From NCBI GenBank assembly GCA_009695405.1, contig SIAZ01000001.1, forward strand, positions 1 through 34,792: 34,792 bases of DNA. Direction: 5' to 3'. The notes under the pieces are model-generated. The model saw only the letters and a program-made list of their open reading frames with translations, was not told where the DNA came from and made no database searches. Both the position numbers and the translations under genes were made by a program. Of this stretch, positions 7,183-16,364 are shown piece by piece. The first letter of the stretch is position 1, and every line of letters begins with the position of its first letter. The stretch is from Pedosphaera sp. (GTDB lineage Bacteria > Verrucomicrobiota > Verrucomicrobiia > Limisphaerales > UBA9464).

Positions 7183-9375
7183 TTAAAATTCTAAAGATAA
7201 ACCGGCATAATAGTTTCGGCCATAAGCCGGATCAATTCCATCGCCCCGAATTCGAGCGTAGTAGAGTTCATCAAAGAGATTATTGATTCCCGCCATAAAT
7301 CGGAGGCGATCACGCCACAAGACGATTTCAGTGGTTAAATCCCAAGTAGAATAAGCCGGGATCAGACGCTCTGGATTCTCATCGTCGGTGGCGAAATGGT
7401 CGGCCATAAAGGTGCCTAAAAAGGCGACTTTAACTCGGTCTTGCCACCGATAAATAACCCCAGATCGAACTAGATGGCTCGGAGCAAATTGAGGCACCTT
7501 ACCATCAGAGGTTCCTCCTCGAAGGGTGGCGTCTAACAAGGTAATGTTTCCGAAAAGAGAGAAGGAACCCCATTGCCCAACGGCATCCGTTCCCCGAAGG
7601 GCATTGGACACTCCCACCACGTCGACTTGAACAGCACCGTCCCATCCTTGATTGACGGTGCGCCCGACATTCCGAAGGGTCGTTACATTGCCGCTGGTAA
7701 CGGCACCGCCAAATTTATTATCTAAATCCACTCGAAAAAGGCTCGAATCCCAAGTGATCCATGTCTTTGAATTCCCACGAAAACCAACCTCATAAGTCAG
7801 TCCTTTGATTGGCTTGATATCTCCTTCTAAAACCGTTCCCGAGGTGGGCACTATTAATGCTTCACCAAAAATAGCGGTACGATAGCTATGCGAAACATTC
7901 CCATAAAACTGAATCTGAGGTCGGACCTCATAGGCTAGCCCAACTCCCATGAGGGGTTGGAGGTCAGTACGATTTTTGGTGCCTTTAGTAAGGGCGTCAC
8001 CTGTGGCTAAACTATAGTTTTGCAGGCTCAAATCCTGATGAATCGTTTCTAACCGGAAACTAGGGGTGATCGACCAACGCCCTAGGGTAAACTTGTTCTC
8101 TAAAAAGAGCGCGCCATAGAGTAATTCTCTTTGGGAATCTTTATAGACAAGTCCCTCATCCGCCCATGCAGAGGATCCCCTACGGTCTGTGCGAGGACTG
8201 TCCATTCGGTAAAACTGGACTCCTGCCGCTAAAGAATGAGTCTCGCCGAGGGCCTCCCAGTCGTGTCGAAGCCTAGGTTCTATGCCAAAAGAATAAAATT
8301 CCTGACGCTCAATGTCATTCGATGCAGCGGCACCACCCGAAGGTCGCACCCCAAACCCACCGCCCCGCTGCCGTTTACTCAACCGATCATAGTAGCCGCC
8401 CCAACTTTTGAGGCTCAAAAATGTCCGTTCATCGAAGTCTAACTGGTACTCAACCGACGGAATATAGCGACGCATTTGGAACCGATCGTACTGCTTAGAG
8501 GATTGAGACCGATCCTCCCGATAATTTACGGCCAAGGGGCCTGTCCCTAAACTCAATCCGCCCGGTTCTCCGTGGCTTTCTTCATAAGCGTCTAATCCCA
8601 AAGTCCAACGACTCTCTTTCGCTCCATCCAACACCCACTTAAAATGACCGCCGTCGATCTGATAATCACTGTTAGCCGCACGGAAGCCATCTGATTGACG
8701 ATGATTAAAGTAGCCGAGATACCCCGATCGACCAGATGTTCCATCGACGGCTGTGTAGGTCGAGTAAAGGTTATCGGAGCCAAAAACATGCTGAGTTCGC
8801 CCTCCAAAAGCACGGTCAGTGCGAGGCTGATGGGTCACATAATTAAGGGCACCCGCGGGCTGAGGTCCGTACATCAATGCCCCACCGCCACGAATAAATT
8901 CCAGATGATCTACCCCCTCCAATGGCGGCGTAAAATAAGCTTCGGGATACCCAAAGGGATCGGCATGTATTGGAATACCATCCTTCAATACTTGGAGAAA
9001 CTGTGCACGGTTAGGATCCCCGATCCCTCGATAACCCAAACTTACCAAAGGCGTAGTTTCCTCAGCAAACAAAAGCCCAGGAGTCAAGGCCAAGGCCTGA
9101 CGGTAGTTATTGGCTTGAACTTGTGGCACGGCATCCAAATCAATCACCGACGTCCTCTTGCCAGCGAAAATCCTTTCTCGATCGACATCCGGTAAAAAGG
9201 GGGGCGTCACACCTGCATTGGCTTCGGGATCGCCAATAATCACTTGGCGTTCCACTCTGATTCCAGTCGCTCGATCCGTCGATTCAACCTCTTCAACCGC
9301 CCAAGCTGTTGTTCCACGCCAATCCGCTGCAACCGCTGCGAGCAATCCAACCCAATATAAGGAGCTTCTTTTCAT
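7183..9375 (-). CDS. TonB-dependent outer-membrane receptor
   Basis: Signal peptide MKRSSLYWVGLLAAVAA. Plug-like N-terminus (LEFIRGGGALMYGP) and a long beta-barrel rich in Y/G/D/N. C-terminal YYAGLSLEF ends in the terminal aromatic Phe typical of TBDRs. Confidence 0.88.
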   Translation of the reverse strand: MKRSSLYWVGLLAAVAADWRGTTAWAVEEVESTDRATGIRVERQVIIGDPEANAGVTPPFLPDVDRERIFAGKRTSVIDLDAVPQVQANNYRQALALTPGLLFAEETTPLVSLGYRGIGDPNRAQFLQVLKDGIPIHADPFGYPEAYFTPPLEGVDHLEFIRGGGALMYGPQPAGALNYVTHQPRTDRAFGGRTQHVFGSDNLYSTYTAVDGTSGRSGYLGYFNHRQSDGFRAANSDYQIDGGHFKWVLDGAKESRWTLGLDAYEESHGEPGGLSLGTGPLAVNYREDRSQSSKQYDRFQMRRYIPSVEYQLDFDERTFLSLKSWGGYYDRLSKRQRGGGFGVRPSGGAAASNDIERQEFYSFGIEPRLRHDWEALGETHSLAAGVQFYRMDSPRTDRRGSSAWADEGLVYKDSQRELLYGALFLENKFTLGRWSITPSFRLETIHQDLSLQNYSLATGDALTKGTKNRTDLQPLMGVGLAYEVRPQIQFYGNVSHSYRTAIFGEALIVPTSGTVLEGDIKPIKGLTYEVGFRGNSKTWITWDSSLFRVDLDNKFGGAVTSGNVTTLRNVGRTVNQGWDGAVQVDVVGVSNALRGTDAVGQWGSFSLFGNITLLDATLRGGTSDGKVPQFAPSHLVRSGVIYRWQDRVKVAFLGTFMADHFATDDENPERLIPAYSTWDLTTEIVLWRDRLRFMAGINNLFDELYYARIRGDGIDPAYGRNYYAGLSLEF

Positions 9376-9513
9376 TTCGTCGGTACACCTTAAAAGAGAT
9401 TAGAGAAAGACCGCTCACGGTCCTTTGCGGAAAACTAACGGCTCGTTGCCTATCAAACTCCCCCGTCACTCTTGCCCCAATCACCCTCTCCACCTCACTA
9501 TCTTCACAGATAT

Positions 9514-10659
9514 ATGAAGCGCGTCGTCCTGCTGGGGAGCACGGGATCCATCGGCACCAACACTCTTAAGGTGGTAGAAGATCATCCTACTTTACTACAA
9601 CTCGTCGGCCTCGCCGCAGGGGCTAATGCTCAACTTCTTATTGAGCAATCTCGAAAACATCAACCCCGTGTAGTCTCAATTCAAGACGTCACAAAGCTAC
9701 CGGAAATCCAAGAGGCTTTAGGAACTCGTTGCCTCGTTATGACCGGGCCAGAAGGGCTAATTCGCCTCGCCACCTTACCTGAAGCCGACATCGTGCTGAT
9801 TGCTATCGTGGGTATCGCTGGACTCGAACCGGCATTGGCCGCCATTCGTGCCGGTAAGGATATCGCGGTGGCCTCCAAGGAAATTCTAGTTATGGCTGGC
9901 GAAATCGTGATGCGTGAAGCGCGCGCCCATGAAGTCAAGGTGCTAGCGGTGGATAGCGAACACTCTGCCATCTTCCAATGTCTGGATGGAAAGAAGCCCT
10001 GTTCGGTGCGCAACTTATGGCTAACTGCGTCAGGCGGCCCCTTTCGCGATGCGACAAAATGGCCCGCAGACTCTCTACCCACGGTTACCCTCGCGCAGGC
10101 TCTCAAACACCCTTCATGGACCATGGGCCGAAAAATCACCATTGATTCGGCAACTCTTTTCAACAAGGGCCTAGAAATGATCGAAGCAAGATGGCTCTTC
10201 GATATAGAAATGCCATGCGTCCAAGTGGTGGTTCATCCACAAAGTATTGTCCATTCGATGGTCGAATTTATCGACGGTTCGATGATCGCTCAACTCTCTA
10301 CCCCAGATATGTGCCTACCTATCCAATACGCTTTACTCTATCCGGAACGGGTTGGATGCGACCGTGTACAAACGAATCTCGCCCGAATTGGCCATTTAAC
10401 CTTTGAAGAACCCGATACCGACCGCTTTCCATCTCTCAATCTAGCTCGGCGAGCTGGTGAAATCGGGGGGACTTTGCCCGCAGTATTGAACGCCGCAAAC
10501 GAAGTAGCCGTGGAGCTTTTTTTTCAGGGGCGACTCGAATTTACTGGGATCACTGAACTCACCACCCGAGTTATGAAGGCCCATTCCGTGGTGACTTCAC
10601 CAAATTTGAGTCAGATTCTTGCAGCAGACCAATGGGCTCGAAACGAAGCCAGTCGATGA
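9514..10659 (+). CDS. dxr: 1-deoxy-D-xylulose-5-phosphate reductoisomerase
   Basis: MKRVVLLGSTGSIGTNTL NADPH-binding N-terminus, VDSEHSAIFQCL, LTASGGPF, NKGLEMIEA and HPQSIVHSMVEF motifs. The start is set at the Met preceding the GSTGSIG motif; the track ORF starts 14 codons earlier. Confidence 0.92.
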   Translation: MKRVVLLGSTGSIGTNTLKVVEDHPTLLQLVGLAAGANAQLLIEQSRKHQPRVVSIQDVTKLPEIQEALGTRCLVMTGPEGLIRLATLPEADIVLIAIVGIAGLEPALAAIRAGKDIAVASKEILVMAGEIVMREARAHEVKVLAVDSEHSAIFQCLDGKKPCSVRNLWLTASGGPFRDATKWPADSLPTVTLAQALKHPSWTMGRKITIDSATLFNKGLEMIEARWLFDIEMPCVQVVVHPQSIVHSMVEFIDGSMIAQLSTPDMCLPIQYALLYPERVGCDRVQTNLARIGHLTFEEPDTDRFPSLNLARRAGEIGGTLPAVLNAANEVAVELFFQGRLEFTGITELTTRVMKAHSVVTSPNLSQILAADQWARNEASR

Positions 10660-10825
10660 GTATGAGACGAAGTAAATTCAATCGAATCTGCCACGCAGGC
10701 TCGAATCAGGACCCATTTCAGTCCCTAGATAAAAATAATTGCCTCATTCTTTCCAGTTATGAGACCGCATCGTTGACAGATGTCTCTACACCCCTCTAGC
10801 CTTAGCGCAGTTAACACTTTTTGCC

Positions 10826-11578
10826 ATGTACCGAGTCGCCCTCATTCTCGCCGCTCTGGCGACCGCCGGAAGCCTTGTCATCAGCTTCATGGTCACCAAA
10901 CCCAAAATCGAAACTTTGGTTGGGGACAACGCCGAACTGACGACCAACCTTGCAGCGGCTAACACCGCCAAGGATGAGTCAGAAAAGAAAGCGAAAGAGC
11001 AAAAGCTCCTCGCAGAAAAATCAGCAAGTAAGCTGATCACCACCGAGAAAAAACTTGAAGAAGCCAGCCAACTTGCTGAACAACAACTCGCTCGGGCCAA
11101 TAAGTATTTCGCTGATTTAAACAAAACCACCGCTGACAAAAATGCGGCCCAAGAAGAATTAGCCCGCTGGAGTGCGCTCCGCATCCAACCGAACCAAGTC
11201 ATTGTTCTCCAACAAGACCTCAAGAGGGTGGGCCAAGAAAAAACGGCGCTTATTGATCAAGAGAAGATCCTGATGCGTTCTGTGGCAAACCTCCGTAACA
11301 AATTGTCTAAATACGAAGACGACACTCAGTTGGTAGAAATGCCCGGCTTGAAGGGGCAGGTTCTTTCAATTGATCCCAAGTGGGATTTCGCCATTCTCAA
11401 TGTCGGTTCCAAACAGGGAGCTAAGGAAGGCGGACAAGTTCTAGTTCGTCGTGGCGACAAATTGGTCGGCAAACTAAGAATCATTAGCGTCGAAGAAGGT
11501 CGCTCAGTTGCCAATATTCTTTCAGGTTGGAAACAAGGTAATGCCTCCGTTGCTGAGGGTGATGCTATTCTTTATTAA
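10826..11578 (+). CDS. Membrane-anchored coiled-coil protein with a C-terminal small beta-rich domain (MreC-like layout), function unknown
   Basis: N-terminal TM helix (VALILAALATAGSLVISFMV). About 140 aa is rich in K/E/A/L/Q heptad-like sequence. The C-terminus reads GQVLSIDPKWDFAILNVGSKQGAKEGGQVLVRRGDKLVGKLRIISVEEGRSVANIL...GDAILY. I could assign no named family. Confidence 0.7.
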   Translation: MYRVALILAALATAGSLVISFMVTKPKIETLVGDNAELTTNLAAANTAKDESEKKAKEQKLLAEKSASKLITTEKKLEEASQLAEQQLARANKYFADLNKTTADKNAAQEELARWSALRIQPNQVIVLQQDLKRVGQEKTALIDQEKILMRSVANLRNKLSKYEDDTQLVEMPGLKGQVLSIDPKWDFAILNVGSKQGAKEGGQVLVRRGDKLVGKLRIISVEEGRSVANILSGWKQGNASVAEGDAILY

Positions 11579-11599
11579 GTGGTGGGGGAACATCTCTTC

Positions 11600-11767
11600 A
11601 TGAAGCGCCTTCTTCGTAACTCTCTCGCATCACTTTCGATTTTTGCACTGGTTAGTTTTTTAATTGGTTGCAGAACTGAAGATGAGTTGAATGTAGGAGG
11701 GCGGCCTTGGAATACTCCAAAGTCTTGGGAAGGTGGGCTTCCGTCCTCTATGACCGAAGGTCGTTAA
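11600..11767 (+). CDS. Small putative lipoprotein (55 aa)
   Basis: MKRLLRNSLASLSIFALVSFLIGC has a lipobox-like L-I-G-C. It starts 21 nt after the stop of the upstream coiled-coil gene. It is short, so it could be spurious. Confidence 0.45.
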   Translation: MKRLLRNSLASLSIFALVSFLIGCRTEDELNVGGRPWNTPKSWEGGLPSSMTEGR

Positions 11768-11896
11768 TTATCTACCTTAGCTCAGCAGCAGGAAAATTAA
11801 GAAGATCTGGTCTTGTTTATCCTCGCTCTCAGGTTATTAGCTTGACCTGATAGCACCTAGGAAAACACCATACCCAATCTCTCGTCGGTGCTTGCC

Positions 11897-12925
11897 ATGA
11901 TCGCTCAACTCAAAGGCCTTTTCTCCAACGATATCGGGATCGATTTGGGAACAGCCAATTCGCTCGTCTACGTTCGGGATCAAGGCATCGTTCTGCGCGA
12001 ACCTTCAGTGGTCGCCATTCAGGCTGGGACAACCAATGTCCTCGCTGTCGGAGAAGAAGCAAAACGAATGCTGGGTCGCACGCCCGGTAACATCGTAGCG
12101 ATCCGGCCAATGAAAGACGGCGTTATCGCCGACTTCGAAATCACTGAGGCAATGCTCCGGCACTTCATTCAAAAAGTGCATCACCGGAAGCTAATCGCCC
12201 CGCGGGTGGTGGTAGCAGTTCCCTCCGGAATTACTGAAGTTGAGAAACGGGCTGTCAAAGATTCTGCAACCCACGCCGGAGCGCGTGAGGTCTATCTCAT
12301 CGAACAACCCATGGCTTCGGCAATCGGTGTGGGACTCCCTGTTCATGAACCTGCCGGCAATATGATTGTCGACATCGGCGGCGGTACTTGCGAGATCGCG
12401 ATCATCTCGCTGGCCGGCATCGTCTTCAGCCGCAGTGTGCGGGTGGGCGGCGATGAATTCGACGAAACGATCGTCGCGCATATAAAGCGCGCACACAATT
12501 TGATGATCGGCGAACGTACTGCCGAGGAGATTAAGATTCGTATAGGCTCCGCTTACCCGCTGGACCAGGAATTAACCATGGAGGTGAAGGGCCGCGACTT
12601 GAGCGCCGGACTTCCCAAAACGGTGCTTATCCGGTCTGAAGAAGTTCGCGCCGCCTTACACGAACCGCTTTCGAGCATTTTAGAATCCATCCGGATTACC
12701 TTAGAGCGCTGCCCCCCTGAACTTTCTGCCGATTTGGTGGATCGAGGCATTATGATGGCTGGTGGAGGCGCACTGTTGCGCAACATCGACCGTATGGTAG
12801 CTCGAGAAACCGGCTTGCCTGTTCATATCGCTGATGATCCGCTGAGCGCGGTAGCGACTGGGACAGGACGCGTCTTGCAGGAATTATCCTTCTTGCGCCG
12901 CGTTGCTTCTTCGAGTTCATCCTGA
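11897..12925 (+). CDS. mreB: Rod-shape-determining actin homologue MreB
   Basis: [17 protein letters not shown] phosphate-1 motif, [22 protein letters not shown] preferred the ATG at 11897 to the GTG at 11888. Confidence 0.95.
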   Translation: MIAQLKGLFSNDIGIDLGTANSLVYVRDQGIVLREPSVVAIQAGTTNVLAVGEEAKRMLGRTPGNIVAIRPMKDGVIADFEITEAMLRHFIQKVHHRKLIAPRVVVAVPSGITEVEKRAVKDSATHAGAREVYLIEQPMASAIGVGLPVHEPAGNMIVDIGGGTCEIAIISLAGIVFSRSVRVGGDEFDETIVAHIKRAHNLMIGERTAEEIKIRIGSAYPLDQELTMEVKGRDLSAGLPKTVLIRSEEVRAALHEPLSSILESIRITLERCPPELSADLVDRGIMMAGGGALLRNIDRMVARETGLPVHIADDPLSAVATGTGRVLQELSFLRRVASSSSS

Positions 12926-12963
12926 TCTCCTCGCAATGCGTTCTCCCTCAGACGGGATCGAAC

Positions 12964-13770
12964 GTGCTAAAAAAACCCCATTACATCGCCATCGGGGGAG
13001 CTCTTCTCCTACTAATTACTTTGATGAATCTTCCCGCCTCAGTGGCTGGAAGATTCAAACGGGGGATTTCTGTGTCTTTTCTGCCCCTGTTTGGACTACG
13101 CTCTGGTGCCTCTTCCTTTCTAGATCGTGTTAGCTTTCAATTGATACCCCGATCCGCCCTGATTGATGAGCTTATTCGTACACAACGCGAAAACGCCGAT
13201 CTGCAATTAGCTCACCTTCAAAATAAGGAAATTTTAGCTGAAAATTTGCGACTCCGCTCCGCTCTAGCTTGGCCTTCACGTTCACCTCTAAAAAAACAAC
13301 TCGCCCAAGTCATTGGCCGAGACTCTTCAACTTGGTGGAGAACACTCCGAGTTGATCTCGGATCACGCGATGGCATCAAACCAAATCAAGTCGTGGTTAC
13401 CGCTGACGGACTTGTTGGTCGCATTAGCCAAGTTGGCCTGACTCATTCCGATGTCGCTTTAATCGGGAACGCCGAATGCGGTGTGGCTATCATCATCCAA
13501 AAATCTCGGGATCAAGGGATCATTAAATCTGGACAGGTGGTTGACGATACTAGCGGACAACTGGATGTCTCTTTTCTGCAAAATAGCCTCGAGGTTATGG
13601 CTGGAGATCTAGTGGTGACGAGCGGCTTAGGCGGTATCTTTCCCGCTGGTGTCACTGTCGGAGCCATTCTACATACCCGTGCTACTGAGGGCGGCTTATT
13701 CACCACTGCCCGACTCCGGTTGGCTGTACATCTGAATCGCCTAGAAGAAGTCTGGATTCTTTCGCCATGA
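12964..13770 (+). CDS. mreC: Rod-shape-determining protein MreC
   Basis: N-terminal TM, coiled-coil LIRTQRENADLQLAHLQNKEILAENLRLRSAL, then VIGRDSSTWWRTLRVDLGSRDGIKPNQVVVTADGLVGRISQV. It sits after mreB. GTG start; the stop overlaps the mreD ATG (ATGA at 13767-13770). Confidence 0.88.
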   Translation: MLKKPHYIAIGGALLLLITLMNLPASVAGRFKRGISVSFLPLFGLRSGASSFLDRVSFQLIPRSALIDELIRTQRENADLQLAHLQNKEILAENLRLRSALAWPSRSPLKKQLAQVIGRDSSTWWRTLRVDLGSRDGIKPNQVVVTADGLVGRISQVGLTHSDVALIGNAECGVAIIIQKSRDQGIIKSGQVVDDTSGQLDVSFLQNSLEVMAGDLVVTSGLGGIFPAGVTVGAILHTRATEGGLFTTARLRLAVHLNRLEEVWILSP

Positions 13771-14336
13771 TCTCCAGTCGACTTTCTCTCTTTCTTTTAT
13801 TTCTCGTCACTTGGCTAGCGATCTTCGCCCAAACCCAGTTCACTGGCTTTCGCGATACCTTCGCTATTCCTTTTTCCATCGTCCCAGCTCTTCTCGCTTA
13901 CACGGCTCTTACTCATGGCCTTGGTATCACAACCAGTCTTGCTCTCCTCTCCGGCCTTTGGATCGATTCACTCTCGATTTCTCCTATCGGAGTCTCTAGC
14001 GCTCCTCTTTTCCTCATCGCTTTTGGCCTCCAATTTCGTCGCCATCTCATCCTACGCGAACAGACTTATGCTCAGTTCTGGATTGGCTTTGCTGCCGGAT
14101 TCTTGGCTCACTTTCTTATCCTCATTCTCCTCTCCGTCGGCCCTATCGAACCGGTTGTCAATTGGTTCTCACTTTGGAAAATTAGTCTCCTCGGTTTTTT
14201 GAATGCTCTTGTTTGTCCCCTCGCTTTTGTTCTCTTTGATACTCTATCAAAGACCTTGAACTACCATCCTATTGCCTCCCTTAATTTTCGTGTGGACCGA
14301 GAAATGGTTCGAGGGCGACACTCTCGCAACCACTAA
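13767..14336 (+). CDS. mreD: Rod-shape-determining protein MreD (polytopic membrane protein)
   Basis: About 5 hydrophobic helices, a size of 189 aa, translationally coupled to mreC and located immediately upstream of PBP2. The assignment rests mainly on position and topology. Confidence 0.75.
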   Translation: MISSRLSLFLLFLVTWLAIFAQTQFTGFRDTFAIPFSIVPALLAYTALTHGLGITTSLALLSGLWIDSLSISPIGVSSAPLFLIAFGLQFRRHLILREQTYAQFWIGFAAGFLAHFLILILLSVGPIEPVVNWFSLWKISLLGFLNALVCPLAFVLFDTLSKTLNYHPIASLNFRVDREMVRGRHSRNH

Positions 14337-14339
14337 CTA

Positions 14340-16364
14340 ATGCTCGTTTTCGACCCATTAAATCGAGGAGGAAAACCACTGCGAATTCTTGCAGTAGTGG
14401 TCGGGCTTGGTCTTTTGATCCTATTCGGAGGACTTGTTCGACTTCAAATTCTCAGCCGAGATCGCTTCCAACACTCTGTTCAAGCCCAAAGCTATAAGTC
14501 AGTTCGTGTTCCCGCTATTCGAGGGCGCATTCTCGATCGTAAGGGACGCGAATTAGCCGGTAACACGCCCCGATATCGGCTCGATGTTTATCTCGAAGAA
14601 CTTAGCTCTGATTTCTCCCTCGAATATAATCAACTCCGTCGCCAACTCCTTGCCACACGGGGGCCCGAAAGTGTCAACAGCCTCACTCTTTGGGAGCGAC
14701 TGACCAACCGCTTCCGCCGAAAAAATTCCAAAGCCCTTATTAGTTCGGTCGAAACCGAACAACTGTGGCGCCAAGCACGCTTCAATGTGGTCTCGAATGT
14801 CATCGCCCAGGTCTCAGATCGAGTTGGAATGTCACTCACACTCTCAGAATCAGAACTCCATCGCCACTGGGCCAATACCCGAGCCTTACCTCTCGCTATT
14901 ATTCGGAAACTAACCCCTAAACAAGTCGCGACCTTTTCCGAACAATCTTGGTCTATCCATGGCATTAGTGTCGAACTTCAACCCGTTCGGCACTACCCAC
15001 ATGGATCTCTTGCCGTTCACTTACTCGGTCATCTCGAGCGGGCGGATAATTATTCCACTACCGACGAAGAAACTTTTGACTATCGCTTGCGGGATTATTG
15101 GGGCGTGGCTGGATTGGAAAAAACTTTCGACACCCAGTTGCGTGGCACCGCTGGGGTCAAAAGTATCCTAGTCAATAGCGCCGGATATCGGGTCGGTGAA
15201 ACAACCACAACAGCCGCTATTCCTGGCCGCAATCTGATAACCACGCTCGACCTTGACATACAGATAGCGAGCGAAGTCGCTCTAGCTTCTGTGAGTGGCG
15301 ACGAACGAGGAGCGGTCGTTGTCCTCGATGTTCGCACTGGAGATATTCTTGCGGCGGCAAGTGCCCCCTCCTTTGACCCAACTGAGTGGATCGATGGGTT
15401 CAACCAAGCGCGCTGGACTAATTTCTACAATGTCCCGAAAAGAACACCCCTCCTCAATCGGATTACCGGCGGTGCCTATTCTCCAGGATCTACTTTCAAG
15501 ATTGTTACCTCGCTGGCTGCTCTCGAAAATGGGCTTAAACCCGACGCTCTCTTTAAAGTGGAGCCCGATTTAGCGCGCCCAAATAAGGGTGCCATTTTTG
15601 TCGGTCAACGCAAAATTGGCGATACCGCCCCACCCGGTGACTACAACTTCCGTCGGGCTTTCATTCGGTCATCCAATTCGTACTTCATCGATCAAGGGAT
15701 CTCTGTGGGATTTAGTAATCTTCTCTCGACGGCTCGGCGCTTTCACTTCGGCGAACCCACGGGAATTCCCATTCCCTCCGATGAAGATCGTTCCGCTTGG
15801 ATGCCAACCCCCGAGGAAGCTCGTCTCGGCAAATGGTCTGAGGGCCGTCTTGCTAATTTTAGTATCGGTCAGGAAGTTACTGTCACCCCCCTTCAACTGA
15901 CCCTCATGGTCGCTGCCGTTGCCAATGGTGGCACTCTTTACTACCCAAGACTCATCGACCGTACAGAGGCGTCTAATCCTCTTGCAGAAACCAAGATTCA
16001 ACAGATTCGCCCTAGTCAAGTACGCAGCCATCTCGGCGCACGATCCAATCACCTCCTTCAAATTCGCGAAGCTATGCGCGATGATGTCCTCGATAACGAA
16101 GGCACAGGCAAAGATGCGCGAGTCCTCGACTACGAGGTCTGCGGCAAAACGGGTACCGCAGAAATTAAATCTAATGGCATTAAAGATAAGGTGACTTGGT
16201 TTGCCAGTTTCGCACCCTATGACGATCCGCGTTATGCTGTGGTAGTTATGGTCGAAAGCGGCAGTTCTGGCGGTAGTACTTGCGCCCCTGTCGCTCGACG
16301 GATTTACGAACACCTTCGCGATCGTGATCGTAACTCAGGCCCCCCTCTCGCCCTCACTCGATGA
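14340..16364 (+). CDS. mrdA: Penicillin-binding protein 2 (elongasome transpeptidase)
   Basis: N-terminal TM, then RGRILDRKGRELA (PBP dimerisation domain). Catalytic motifs are SPGSTFK (SxxK), SSN (SxN) and KTGTA (KTG). The stop overlaps the rodA start (ATGA at 16361-16364). Confidence 0.93.
   Translation: MLVFDPLNRGGKPLRILAVVVGLGLLILFGGLVRLQILSRDRFQHSVQAQSYKSVRVPAIRGRILDRKGRELAGNTPRYRLDVYLEELSSDFSLEYNQLRRQLLATRGPESVNSLTLWERLTNRFRRKNSKALISSVETEQLWRQARFNVVSNVIAQVSDRVGMSLTLSESELHRHWANTRALPLAIIRKLTPKQVATFSEQSWSIHGISVELQPVRHYPHGSLAVHLLGHLERADNYSTTDEETFDYRLRDYWGVAGLEKTFDTQLRGTAGVKSILVNSAGYRVGETTTTAAIPGRNLITTLDLDIQIASEVALASVSGDERGAVVVLDVRTGDILAAASAPSFDPTEWIDGFNQARWTNFYNVPKRTPLLNRITGGAYSPGSTFKIVTSLAALENGLKPDALFKVEPDLARPNKGAIFVGQRKIGDTAPPGDYNFRRAFIRSSNSYFIDQGISVGFSNLLSTARRFHFGEPTGIPIPSDEDRSAWMPTPEEARLGKWSEGRLANFSIGQEVTVTPLQLTLMVAAVANGGTLYYPRLIDRTEASNPLAETKIQQIRPSQVRSHLGARSNHLLQIREAMRDDVLDNEGTGKDARVLDYEVCGKTGTAEIKSNGIKDKVTWFASFAPYDDPRYAVVVMVESGSSGGSTCAPVARRIYEHLRDRDRNSGPPLALTR

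Noticed and set aside
9376-9513. Cobalamin or other riboswitch in front of the TonB-dependent receptor
   Set aside because: The divergent spacer is only about 138 nt, shared with the dxr promoter. It is too short for a B12 element, and I see no B12-box-like core.
9681-16313. Long antisense ORFs inside dxr (9681-10166), the coiled-coil gene (10786-11223), mreB, PBP2 (15669-16313, 214 aa) and others
   Set aside because: Each is fully embedded antisense to a gene with strong family motifs and has a low-complexity or R/S/A-rich translation. This is typical of shadow ORFs in moderate-to-high GC coding DNA.
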